DNA of 64,000 nucleotides from Tubiluchus corallicola (Eukaryota; Animalia; Priapulida), in the NCBI GenBank assembly GCA_030141605.1, contig JAQGDQ010000142.1:372001-436000 (forward strand). The letters are read 5' to 3'. Numbering within the stretch: position 1 is the first letter of the stretch; every line of letters begins with the position of its first letter. Shown here in pieces: positions 40,501-52,100 of this stretch. The position numbers and the translations under genes were made by a program. Below the pieces are notes generated by a model. It worked only from the letters and a program-made list of their open reading frames with translations. It was not told the DNA's origin and did not search any database.

Positions 40501-43500
40501 ATCTGATATTAGACCTAACATAATATGACCGTATAACTGCTGTTTATGTCGTGAATGTGGGAAGTCAAAATAAAATATAATTGCGACATTTGCTTGAAAA
40601 TAAGATGACTTCTTTTACTTTTATGATTATGACGTTTTTGTCCTTTTTCAAAGTACAAATTTTGTACTAGTTTTGCGTTTGCAGCTACTGTTTTACTATT
40701 AATGCCTTTAGTTTATCTTTGTTAGGGTCAATCTTCTTCCTATAATTTATGCAACGACACATTTCACTTTTGATAGCAATTGGGTTTTCAATCGCACATA
40801 AAATCAACTCGCGGTGAAAAAAATAACTAGCGATGATGTTTCGTGTAAAATTGTAGACACGAACGAAACACGTGATAGATCAGTAGTAGCAACCTTTTAA
40901 AATATTTGTGTTTTAAGCATATGTAACACTGGCTTTACTCAAACTCGTTCATTTTGCGGCTCAATCAACACTTAAAAATGGTAACACTTATACATAAACG
41001 GCATGGTGAAAATGAGATGGAATTTTTGAAGAAACTGCTCAAATTAATGACTGCAAGTATTAATTATGATCGCATTCATTAGGCGCTAATAACAAAAGGC
41101 TCAGTCAAAATTTACTTCAGGTGTATTCAAAGCAAAAATTTATTTTAGGGTAAAATATCAGCGCTGCAATTACCGATACTAGAACATATCAGCCCGATAT
41201 CCAGTTTGTTCTGATATGCTAGTTTGTTTACCGATCTCAGATTATTTATCGGTGATTGGCACATCCCTGGTTAACACTGTCAGAACACACACCATTTAGT
41301 TATAGTATAAAAACAATGATAACCTGCACATGTCTGGATTTAGGAAAAAATTCTGTCTTACTGAAAAGAATGCACATTTTTCGCAATGTAAACTTACACA
41401 GTTTTAAGATTATTTACATAAAATTAAATAAATTAAAAATACATCAATAATATAAGAACTGCATATTAATAGCCATGCATAATATTTTGTTATCCTATTT
41501 CTTTTACAATACACCTTAAGGTATTTTAATCAGTTTATGTATAACTGTATACCAAAGGTTATAACTAAATAAAAATATGTTTAGAAAAAAAAACTAAGCT
41601 AATAATACCTGTAAGCCATAGCAGATGCCCAAAACTGGGATGCCACATTTGAATATCTGAGAGTCGTAAACAGGGGCACTGTTTCCATAGACGGAATTTG
41701 GTCCACCTAAAATAAGCGAAAACATTATTCAAGCCAAAACAATGCAATCCAATGTCGTGAACAGTCTTTGCATTTGTATAATTTGACAGTATGGAGCTTC
41801 ACTGTATCTCCATAGTACATTGAATCCTCTGATTACATCATCTTTGATTTACTAACAAATTCGATTTTATTTTTTACTACCCGAAACTCATGACAAGAAA
41901 AAATGTAGTGTTTCCAGTTTTAGTAATTGCACAAATTTGTGTAAAGTTATATAAACTTCAGTAGACTCGCATAAATTGCACAAATCGTGTAATTCCCCAA
42001 ATTTCAGTATTTCTGTGTAAACTTGTATTAAACACGGTATACACTATACACAGTTCGCAGGCTACGTTCACAGACTGTTTACGTATATGCAAGATATTGT
42101 GCTCACACCACATGCAGTGTGATCTCAACTTAACTAATGGCAAAATAAAAAAAATCTGCTTTATTGACGTCATTCGTGAAATCGTAGTCGCTTAATAGAC
42201 TCAAATAATTCGGCATAATTTACTCAACATTTTTGCTTCACATACTTAAAATAACACACTTTTGTGTCATCGAAGACATTTTGCTACCATTATATCATCT
42301 TTACTTCACCTTTGTGCACCATAATATATGCAGAAACAGTCATGTTAAGTACAGCTTTGTTTGTAAACACGTATGTTTGTCATGAGTTAATATGCTAACA
42401 TGGCATTTTTGCTTTGAAAATGTAAGATGATCATCTGCAGCAAGTAACCTGCTTGACCAAGAATTTATGGAAGGTAAACTTTTAATCACATGCCTAGCGG
42501 TTTCCTTTTGAAGCTCACGCTGCTTTTCATAGAGCTTTTAATCAGTTAAATGATTCAGCAGCAGCAATCTGTTATTATTCTTTGCCATTTTGTAGGCCTA
42601 AACGTCCTAATGCAACCAAGAGGACAGAGTTAATTTTAAATAATAAGCATAAAGACCTAATACTTAAAGCTTTTGCAATACATACTAGGTCGAAGAGTGA
42701 AGACTCATACCTCTATACTAGTAATATTACACCCGTCATTTAATTGATTTTGTCGGTTAATTAGGTCAAAACACTTCCATCCTAAAGCAAGTCTATTAAG
42801 CAGCACCTACTATCAGCGGTGCAATCTTCACAAGCTATGATTTTTATCTCTATTCTTCTGCCATGACAAAAAAGACTTACTCTCACTCAAAGAAGACAGT
42901 TGACCAAGATTTCTGAAATGGTCATAACTTTGTCCACAGTGTCAAAACATACAATTTTGCCGGTTGTAAGAAATGCACATGCAACTGTGACCGAGGCCGA
43001 TTTAACATCGAAGTTCAATGACTACATTTCCCCGTGCATAAAACTGGGATAGTAATTTTGTGAACTCGCACTGAATGTCCGAAATTTCGCCATATTTTCA
43101 ATTGGTTGATACTGTTAAAACCACGCAGTCTAAAACTTTGTGGGCCTTTATCATTTCACGAAGCAATGGCGATTAAGACGGACGAGCGTTGACGGATTCA
43201 CCATGTCAGTTATATTTATAGTGTAATTTGGTGATTATTTGCTGGTAATTGGTCAAACTACTGTGTGTAAGTTACGAGAAGCAGTACATATCAGACTAAT
43301 GGTTCCAAAGAGAATAAATGATTTATTATATCATTATATATATTGAAGTACATATTTTCACTGCTGAACAAAATGAATTCGGGCTCGTTACTTGTAAATT
43401 ACTCGCGAATTGTAAATTACACCAGCAACTTGTGATAAAAATTGTAGATTGAGACTATGTCACAGTGTGTTAAACTTTAAACATATTTTTACATTGAGCC

Positions 43501-44812
43501 TCAACACTTACATAAAATATTGCAAAATTTACTTAAGTCACAACTGTTCGACACAATACAGGTAAAACAGTTTACCTGAAACGATGATGCCCCGGTAGCC
43601 CATTCTGAGCAGCGTAGACGCAGAAGTTTCCAGTGGAAGAATTTCGGATTCGACGCATAGCTCTCTGATCCGTCTATCAATAACCTATCAACGGCCATGC
43701 AAAAAATGTAAGCTGTTAAGTAAGTTAAAGTAATGCCCAATGCACTTTTACAACACCCACATGTACAGAATGACGAGTGCCTCTCTCAGAAATTGCCGAA
43801 AAAATACAGGGTGTCTATGAAGTCACCATGCACTTCACGCTTTCTATAGATATTTCTTAACAAGCAAAGCAAAACTTTGGAAATTAATACAGCTGAATTA
43901 AAGCCTTGGACAATTCTTTTAGTCAAATCAGACAAAAATTTGAAAAGAACTAACGTACTGCACTAATAGGCCTTGCTGTTTTTGCTACCTTCTTCGGGGA
44001 ACTTATAAGAGCTTCAGAGACCAACCAATGACAAGTTGGGCATTTTGCATTGATAAAATCTCTCACAGCCCATTACTGATAACGAAGGGCTGCACCTTGT
44101 TGAAAAAACACATTATTAATACTGTAGTCTACACGGTGCTCTGAATATCTAATAAACTGCAGCTGGTGAGCGAAGGACCTCACGCCAGGCTGATTTTGCA
44201 CCTGATTTCCAACATTATTGTCGTTAGCCTAGCAACAGGGTTCTAGTCAAAAAATAAATAAAAGGAATTGTCAAAGACCTCCCTCTTTTGATTCAGTAAA
44301 AACTTGCTGAAATTGGAGAAAAATATTACAAATCAAAATGTATAAACTACCATTGGAAACATCCTATATTATAATATTATAACCAGGCAAACCAGGCAAA
44401 GTGGATATTTTGACATGGACACGATTACCATAGGTCATCGTCTAGATTGCACAAATTTAGTTTTTGTTTCAGAACCTTGGCTACAGCAATTTCCTTCATA
44501 ATCGATATACCCATCCATACATAAAACATGCCCCTTTTATTGGTATACTAACAACATGAAACAAAGAGATGATTTATTAATAGATAGACCCAGTATTTCA
44601 ACTTCTTAATGGCCAGTCATTCTCAACACATTTACAATATATTAAGCACATAATGGACAAAAAATATTGGTGGAAATCACAATTGGAGAAGGTAAATATA
44701 TAGTGAATGAAATGCAATAAAAACTTACTTTTCCATACTGAGCACCAGCATCTAATATAGCTATTTTTTCTTGTGATGGACCATTAATGATGTCTTTTTC
44801 ATTGTTGTTCAT
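26203..44812 (-). CDS. GMPS: GMP synthase (glutamine-hydrolysing), ~682 aa, 16 coding exons
   Basis: Minus-strand exons: 44812-44729, 43684-43576, 41706-41609, 40384-40287, 38999-38896, 38143-37950, 37418-37253, 36081-35869, 35225-35113, 33788-33683, 32923-32808, 31183-31058, 29847-29732, 29616-29523, 27171-26962, 26304-26203; all GT-AG, total 2049 nt. Motifs: [28 protein letters not shown] (catalytic Cys), [16 protein letters not shown] (His/Glu), SGGVDSTV (PP-loop), [59 protein letters not shown]. Confidence 0.98.
27239..28186. mobile_element. Non-autonomous pogo/Tigger-like (Tc1/mariner superfamily) element, family C
   Basis: Left CAGTAGGGGCTGCTTAATAGACTCA and right TGAGTCTATTAAGCGGCGCCTACTG are inverted repeats; TA at 27237-27238 and 28187-28188. 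Confidence 0.85.
28434..28583. repeat. (GA)n microsatellite / purine tract
   Basis: Long perfect GA run with degenerate purine-rich lead-in; source of the ER/SL repeat ORFs. Confidence 0.97.
28836..29453 (-). mobile_element. Family A non-autonomous TIR element, most complete copy
   Basis: Left GTCCATAAGTCGGCA and right TGCAGACTTATGGAC are inverted repeats; interior is the reverse complement of 10593-11128. No clean TSD; superfamily unassigned. Confidence 0.8.
29897..30028. repeat. 24-bp tandem repeat (CATTTCACACAGACCCGACTAATC), about 5 copies, in a GMPS intron
   Basis: Direct tandem units visible. Confidence 0.9.
33260..33410 (-). repeat. Dispersed repeat family E, inverted copy
   Basis: Reverse complement matches AACTTAGAAAAATATAACAA...AATTTGCAAAAA...CTATAAAGC.TAAA at ~54105-54250 and ~58710-58840. 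Confidence 0.7.
34530..34860 (+). mobile_element. Degenerate LINE (CR1/L2-like) 3' fragment
   Basis: Broken-frame remnants resembling the ORF2 C-terminus (YKLVHN; ACTAGGGCATCAGGATATAAACTC resembling TRGH.YKL). Confidence 0.4.
35410..35765 (-). mobile_element. Family B hAT MITE, single copy with one end eroded
   Basis: Ends in GAGAATGCTCACCCCTA; interior matches the 11681-12421 cluster. Confidence 0.8.
36324..36450. mobile_element. Very short (127 bp) hAT-like MITE
   Basis: Left TAGGAATGGGACGAAGCTT versus reverse complement of right end TAGGAGTGGTACGAAGCTT; TSD not clean. Confidence 0.6.
36650..36950 (-). mobile_element. Degenerate CR1-type LINE 3' fragment
   Basis: ORF 36702-36950 reads [23 protein letters not shown]...[11 protein letters not shown], resembling the CR1 ORF2 C-terminal DL...YKI...FF and R.V..WN.L motifs. 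Confidence 0.6.
38626..38913. repeat. 58-bp tandem repeat x5 spanning the GMPS exon 5 splice donor
   Basis: Unit TAGACACAAGAAAAGAATGATGGAGCATACTAACCAGCAATGATATTACCGGCTTGGC starts at 38631, 38688, 38746, 38804 and 38862. Confidence 0.95.
39182..39620 (+). mobile_element. Family A element, copy 3 (one end missing)
   Basis: Begins CGTCCACAACTTGGCAATTAAGCTTTTCTAGTTATTCAC; collinear with copies 1 and 2. Confidence 0.8.
40425..41269. mobile_element. Non-autonomous hAT element (845 bp) in GMPS intron 3
   Basis: Left TAGGAATGTGCCGAT and right ATTGGCACATCCCTG are inverted repeats; perfect 8-bp TSD GTTAACAC at 40417-40424 and 41270-41277; subterminal CCGAT repeats. Confidence 0.88.
42183..42812 (-). 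mobile_element. Family C element, degenerate inverted copy
   Basis: CGCTTAATAGACTCA at left and GTCTATTAAGCAGCACCTACT at right; interior is the reverse complement of parts of 27239-28186. Confidence 0.7.
43808..44367. mobile_element. Degenerate mariner-like element
   Basis: TA-CAGGGTGTC left end; a weak inverted match (AAACATCCTATA) at right. Confidence 0.4.
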
Positions 44813-47800
44813 TTTAATCTAAATTTCCATTAACTAAAATATAGTTTAAAGAAATGTAACACTTTCTTAAAATAACAAAAGATATTAAACAAAAAACAAG
44901 TTGCACAAAAGAATTTGATTATGCAAAATGTAATACCCACTGTAATGTCAAAAATTTGCTGTAGTTGTTATATAGTTGTCAGCATTTTACAAGATGAGAT
45001 CCAGATGTTAGTGGCAGAACCTATCAGGCCTACCAATGCAGATGGTTATTATAGTGGTTACACCGCAATATAAACAATAATCCTCCAAGATGTGATACAG
45101 AGCCAGAAGCAATATCTTAGTCAGGTTAACCCCAATGTGAATGAGCAGATATCATGCCTCAATCTTATCATTACATCACTAAGCAATTATGTCTCCACTA
45201 CACAGCTCAAACGATTATCAAGTAAGAAATACAGCTCTGCTAGCCTCTTAGTATTGTTGATGAGTAGACAGAACTAAACAACGAGAGAACCAATATTCTC
45301 TCTTTACTGATTACCTTTCAATGTTACTACAGTGAAACCTCTTTATGCCGCTCACTTTGGGACCGGAAAAATGATGGCGTTACAGCAAGTAAAGTGTTAT
45401 AACAAAGTGTGTTAAATTTTGCTATAGACAAACCACAAAAGAGTCAGACAACTGAGCACAGGTTAGAGTTCACAATTTTCACTCTAAAGGTTAATGAATT
45501 AAAATAGTGACTCACTTAAAATCAATCAACAATGTTAAGGACATTTTTTTGTTTAAATAATAAACCTCTCATGTGCCCAGCTATATAATAGGCTGTAGTG
45601 TAGGCCTAATGCTCCACTAAATATGGGGTTTGCTTGAATGATTTGTAGAAGGGAGCCACATGTGTTTTTTTGTCAATTGCCAGTATGATCACGTGGCGCA
45701 TTGACAAAAATATTATTGTGATAGTACGAGGTACTGTACAGCTTGCAAACAACCAAAACATGATGGTAATGCAAACTCTTCGCACACCAGTGTTAATAAT
45801 TGTTATTCATTTCCAGCCTTTTACTTCTTGATTAGCTAATCCCAAGAATTCATTAATGAATTAAAAACTTTAAATGACTTTGACTCTAGAAGGACAATTA
45901 CACGCATTAAAATATAGCACTCCCTCATTGAGTTGCAAATAAAAAATAGCAACACAGAGTCAGGCACCTAACAAGCGATTACTTCTGGTTCCAGCCATTA
46001 ATGCTATCAAGTCACAATAACAACAGTATTTTTTCAACCTTTCCATAATGTGCATTCCAAATAATTTAGGGGATACAGCAAGAATCACCTAGCGGGTTAA
46101 TAGTTGAAAATAAACAAAATACTGTAAAGCAGTGAATTCAATTCTACACAACCCAGATGCCTAATTCCTTAATCCGATCCTTGGACCTAATTCTTATTCT
46201 GATAGAAAAACAGCCAAGTTGAAGTTGAATACTTCAACACAATCGTTCATTAAATGGCACTGGTAATAGATATTTGCATTGAGCAGCCTACCTTGTGGAT
46301 ATGCCAGCAATTACCGAACAATTAACAAAAATTAATCACAGAAAGATGGAATACTACTTCACATTATACAACCACGTGAAAGAGCAATCGCAGAAATCTT
46401 TCAAGCGTGAAAAGGCTTTTGTTATTGTTTCTTGCACTGATTACGACGCGTCCAATAAATGTTTAGTAGTACTTTCTTTATTTATTACCATTTTGATAAC
46501 AATGAAGAGGATCAAACCGATCGTCTATTATTATACAAGAAAAGCGTAGATATATTAGTAGAAACGAGAAAAACTATGTTCACCAGCCCATTGAACCAAT
46601 GAGGCCATTCATTAGCGAAGGTTTTATATTTAGTATTCAACATCACTATAATTTTAATGGCTTCGTACGGACAAGACCATCACAATGTAGCGGGGGTGGG
46701 GGAGGTCGAAAATAAAATGACATTTAGCCTCCATAACAGTATATTAACAACATTATATTCATTTAAAATAACCCAGACTTGAGGGTACCTGAAAGATTTT
46801 TTTCTAATGAAACATAACTATAATACTGTGATAGTTTTTTGAAATTTTTTTTCGCATGTCAAGGCAAAACCGTGGTGATGAGCAAATGCAATAATATACC
46901 TGATATAGTTTATAGAATGGTGTAACTTTAACAAAGACTGGCACCTTTTCTCTTGTCAAATAATTCAGTTTGGTAAATAAGATTTATTATAATCTGAAAG
47001 AAAATTTGTACAGTAATCTCATACATGACTTGCTCGTGTAGTCATCTTGCTAAAGTTTGTTAGCAATTTACTTATTGTTTCTTGGACTGGTTTTAACATC
47101 TAACTGCTGAAAGCACTGAAACATCTAATCACTTAGACAGGGTTTTCCATACCAAGGGAAAGTTTCAACTGATATTCACGAATTAAATTGTGAACGGTAG
47201 GCAGGTTAGGTTACTCTACATTAAAAATGGTGAGAATGAGCAAGCTGTCAATGTCTAGCATTATTTTTATGTAAGTATAAACATTACAATATACAGTATA
47301 CATATTATGTTAATATGCATCTTAATTCAAACAAACATTGTGGCAGATTAGGATCGATACACTCATTAAAAATAATTATTTTGCAGTACAACTTCATGAG
47401 GTTATTTAAGTGAAATTTAAGGTTTTACCATTTTTCTGCCCTTTTCTCTCTTCCTCCCTCTCCTGCTTGTAGAAGGCAATATCGTTGTCACTGCTTTCAC
47501 TCTGTTGAAAGAACATTGCCAATTGAAACAGTACTTGAAGGTGAAAAATCAATCATAAAATAATTATCTCAGACTGAATATGTGAGCTACTTAAATTGAC
47601 ACCTACCTCTCCCCAGTATATCTGTACCAGTGGCCCAAGCATCTTTTATAATTATAAAATTCCATTAAAATCTATGCAATCGTTTGGCTGTGTATCCAAC
47701 TCGCATTTCATATTCACACATATTCTACACGTTTTGTTTTAACCAGACACATGCCATGCACAGGGGTTCAACACAAGTAAAGGGAAAAATTTCTAGCACA

Positions 47801-49179
47801 TTAAAATGCCTTGTAATAGTTTACCTGCAGAGGTAAAAAATGGTACTTATAGCTAGTTATATAAATCTATATAATTGTCTAGCTGCTTAAACACTAACTA
47901 AACGCTTACTCCATGTTTTACCAATCACTTCGATCATTATTTCTGCTTTCACTAATCTATTATTAATAACTATCAACGTGGTTTTTGCATTGTATTGTGT
48001 ATTTTTAATTTTTATTTTCACATCTAGAAAAGGGGAGGTAGGCCCAACTATATACTATATACTATAAACTATATACCCCCTTTATTTCATTTAATTTTCT
48101 TCCATATTTCATTCTTTTTAATTACGTGTTTTGAAGGTACACATTGTTCTTCTTTATAGTAATTTTTTTTCTCTGCTCGTATAGTGGAATTATTTAATTT
48201 CAATTTATTTTTTCATATTCGTACTATTTTTTGTTGTTGTTGCTGCTTAGCAACAATATATTTATGTTATTATACACGTTTTGTTGTCATATTATTTAAT
48301 TATTACTCATTTATTATGTGTTTAGTTTATTCTATTAATCATTTTTTGCAGTATCTAACATTTTTCGTTAATTTAATCGGTAGTTGGGTAGTTGACTTGA
48401 TGACCAACTTCCCCATTGCTACACTTTCTTTTACACCCCCTGTGACATATTACCTGACATATTCATACTTGTACTGTTTCCAAGTTATTTTACATGGGCA
48501 ATTAATAATTGTTTTTACCCTGTAAACTGTGTGTTTATGGAGATATAATAAGAATTGTCTACGTTTATGCTATGTCTATGAGTGACTACTAGCATACAGT
48601 TCACACTATGTCTGAAAATGTCTGTGTCTACATTACTCAAGGTGAGTGAATTTTGTATGATTATTTATGTTCCAAAGCAAAAACTACAAACAAGAATTTG
48701 CTTCATGAAAATAATAATTGTTGTAGTTAAATTTCATTATTGTTATTGTTTAGTGTTGTACATGTAGTTAGCAAGCTTTCTCTTCAATTTTTCTGCACTC
48801 CATGCATGGTTAAATTACAATAATTATTGCAATCACAAATTTATTAGCAATATCTACAGACAAAAGCAACTTCCTCAGGAAAGATTGCGTATTTTAATGA
48901 ATTAATTGCACCAGTACTGGAATTTTTAACAGAGTAGTCGTAGCAAAATCGCTACATCGTGCTTTTTCAACTTCGGTAGAAGTAAGAGATCAATGGCTTC
49001 TATTTTCCATTTCTGATTCTGAATCGGTAGTGTTTGCTTGTAAACCTAATGAGTAATGGTAAAACGTTGTACTCAAACAAACGATGTGATTGGTTTTTGA
49101 AACTTATAGATGAAGAAGTAACGTGTAAATATGCATAGCACAATTTTCTTATAGCGGGTATCTTCTTTCGTTGACAGCA

Positions 49180-52100
49180 ATGTCAGTGAGCGACCCTTTG
49201 CTGAAGCGTTTCAAAGGTAGGATTATGGCTTGCATTTTGATGACATCATGTTAATTAAGATTTTGGTTCACAGCAGAATCTTCTTGGTTCACCCCCTGTT
49301 TTTATTTCTTTATTTGTGCCATTTTGTTTCTTTAATAACTTTCAGTGCTCTATTCTGTTCCATTTTCGTCCATGGACAAAATTTCTCACGTATAAATTTT
49401 CCACATTATGATAGATGAATACTACGTAGCAAAATATAGTAAACACTCTATACACAGTCATTATCAGTCTAACAAGAAGACGTTCCAGATGTTTCAACAA
49501 TAACAGAAATTGCTATCTTCCTGAAATAACAATGCAATTACAATTCTCTAATCAGAGTTTCACATATGATGTCACTTAAATCTAAATAGTCCTTCAAAAC
49601 TAAGAAGGTCCATCATATTAATGTTTGGCAGACCTGCTGTAATGACGAATTTTCCACATAAGTATATCTCTATCAATTATAATTATTGTACCTTAAAAGG
49701 AAGTGCTCAGCTGTTTCTCGTTCACCACACTGACATAAACGTGATTGAACAACTCCAGTACTCCTTTTCTGAAAAAAATAAAGAATTTTTGAGCTTTATG
49801 GGTATTTATGAACATGGCAAGTCCCAGAAGAGCACTATCTTATTTACAAACTCCAGTATTGTTTGGATAATTATTCAATCTCGAGTAACCAGTTCGAAGT
49901 TGAAGAAGCTTTGAGAATTGTCTTTGACACACGCACAGGGCCAAGTCACAAAACTCAAAGACACCCCCAGGTAGGGGAATTTATGTTTACTTGTAAACCG
50001 TCAGCCCTGGGTGCGGAACAGGAAAGCTGGCTCCTGTCACAGAAGCAGAATCTTACCACAATTAAAATTGCTTTGTTTGAATTTTAGGCTTTATCAAAAG
50101 CAGTAAGGAACATTGTCAACAAGCTGAAACATTGTCACCCAACTTCGTTTAATTTTGTACTAGGTTTGGTGCTGTTGCTAAGGAACGAAAAGGATGGAAT
50201 AAGAGACTACAATTCATTTCTGCAGCAGTTTTGTGAGACAATAGAAGAAATCTTTAGACAAGGCTTAAAACGTATGTATACATAAAATTTAATAATTACG
50301 TCTTTACGGTTTACATTTTAGTTAGTTTTTTATGGATTTGCAATCGTGGTTACTATTTTTTGCACATACTTTGTATATTTTACAAGGTTTGTTTAGCTTT
50401 GCAATAGTTACTAAAATTATGTTTATTTGCATCACAAATTGTGCTTCAGGTGATGTAACTATTATTGAGACAATAGTTGACACGTATGCAGGACTCAAAT
50501 TTAATGCTGATCCACCCGGAAATTCTGGTAAATCGTCCCGAGCATCGGCAGAAGTCATCTGTACATCGATCTCTGTATTAATGAAACCTCGTATCTTAAT
50601 ACTCAAACTGTAATGTCTACAGCGTAGTTTAAATTAATCTGGTTATGACAGAAGCAGCTAAACACCAAATTTAATCGCAAAAAGTTTCCACTCGCATGTC
50701 ACTGCGAAGACGTTGTCATTCTTTCTGATTGCATGCTAGATTTGAACCCCTCCATTTACTCGTGCCTTGATGCATTTAGCTGTTTATGTCTACAGACTGA
50801 CCTGCAAATCCAGATTTTATTGAAATGTCGTGACACAGATTTTCTGGAAAAATATAGGCAAATTTTTTTTGCGGCCTGTCCTCATTTCCGGCACCTTTTG
50901 GGGCATGTCCTCACTTCTTTTAAAAATGCAAAATTTGCACCTTGCCTGTAGATGTATGTAAAAGTAATTTTCGTATCATTTTTTTGTAGAGCCTACGTCT
51001 TTATTTGGTTTTGGGAAACGAGATTATTACAATTGGATTGAGTCATTGCCGGACGTGCTAAATGAGTAAGACTGCTATAATACGTTACTTATCTGTTGTG
51101 AAAAAGCTTTTAATCACAAGGTTACGAGTTCGATTCCTGCATGAATGTCGCATAGCCAATGTTCTTCTTTGTTAATAAAATTATTCCACATTTAAAATAT
51201 TGTTTGTTTTTGATCAAGTGGTACATAGCAAATTGTGAGTTTAGAAAAATGATACATGTTGTGAACAAACCCACTCAGTCACTGATTAGATTCAGAACCA
51301 TTGTTAACTTCGGTCACCAAGCACATGCCGTGACCACTTGGGTATTTACTTACTTTTTTATTGTTACTATAAAACATTAGTAATTTATGACTTCTTCTAT
51401 GCTTTTTAACATAATTTAATTAATTACAAGTTTTTAGAGCTACAAGTTAAAATTTGAACAGAACATTTTTTACTCATGAAAGCGATTACAACGACAATGA
51501 CGATTATGATGATGATGACTATGATCACTATAAATGTGTTTATAATTCCTGCATACCATCTGCTAAAATAATTGTCAAACTAATGTGTTTGTTATTGTAA
51601 TGCAAATTGAGGCATGTATCTCAGAGTGTTTATTTAAATGTTCTTGCTTTATAGGGTCAATCCGGGGTTAAGCCTAGCAGTTACCACTGTCAAAAACTGT
51701 AAGAAGGTGCGTATGTACTAGCTTTTGTTTACCTTTATTTACAAAACACCTTTCTCATCTTTCTCATCGCTGATGTCAAAAGCAGAAATTGATTAACCTA
51801 GGTGGTTCTGTGGTAAGACTGGACTCTAGCTGTTTATCAAAAATGTATGGTGAACCACTGGGCCGACAGATGTGTCTCCTGTTGCCTTTGGTTTACTTCT
51901 TCCTTCAGTGAACCGATTAGTGTGTCAAATCACCCACAAAAATTTTCACATAAGTAGTCACCTATCCACTTTCAAACTCGACTTGACAATGCTTAGTTCC
52001 GATGTATAATTTGTCACATTTTGCATTTAGGTGAAGACCAATCAAGGTAGAGGCAGGTTGTTCATTAGATTTGCACTTGCTAGGAAAAGTTTGCATTTAC

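Noticed and set aside
42935-43265. CACAGTG ... TACTGTG as Transib/RSS-like termini
   Set aside because: The inverted match does not extend past the heptamer and there is no 5-bp TSD.
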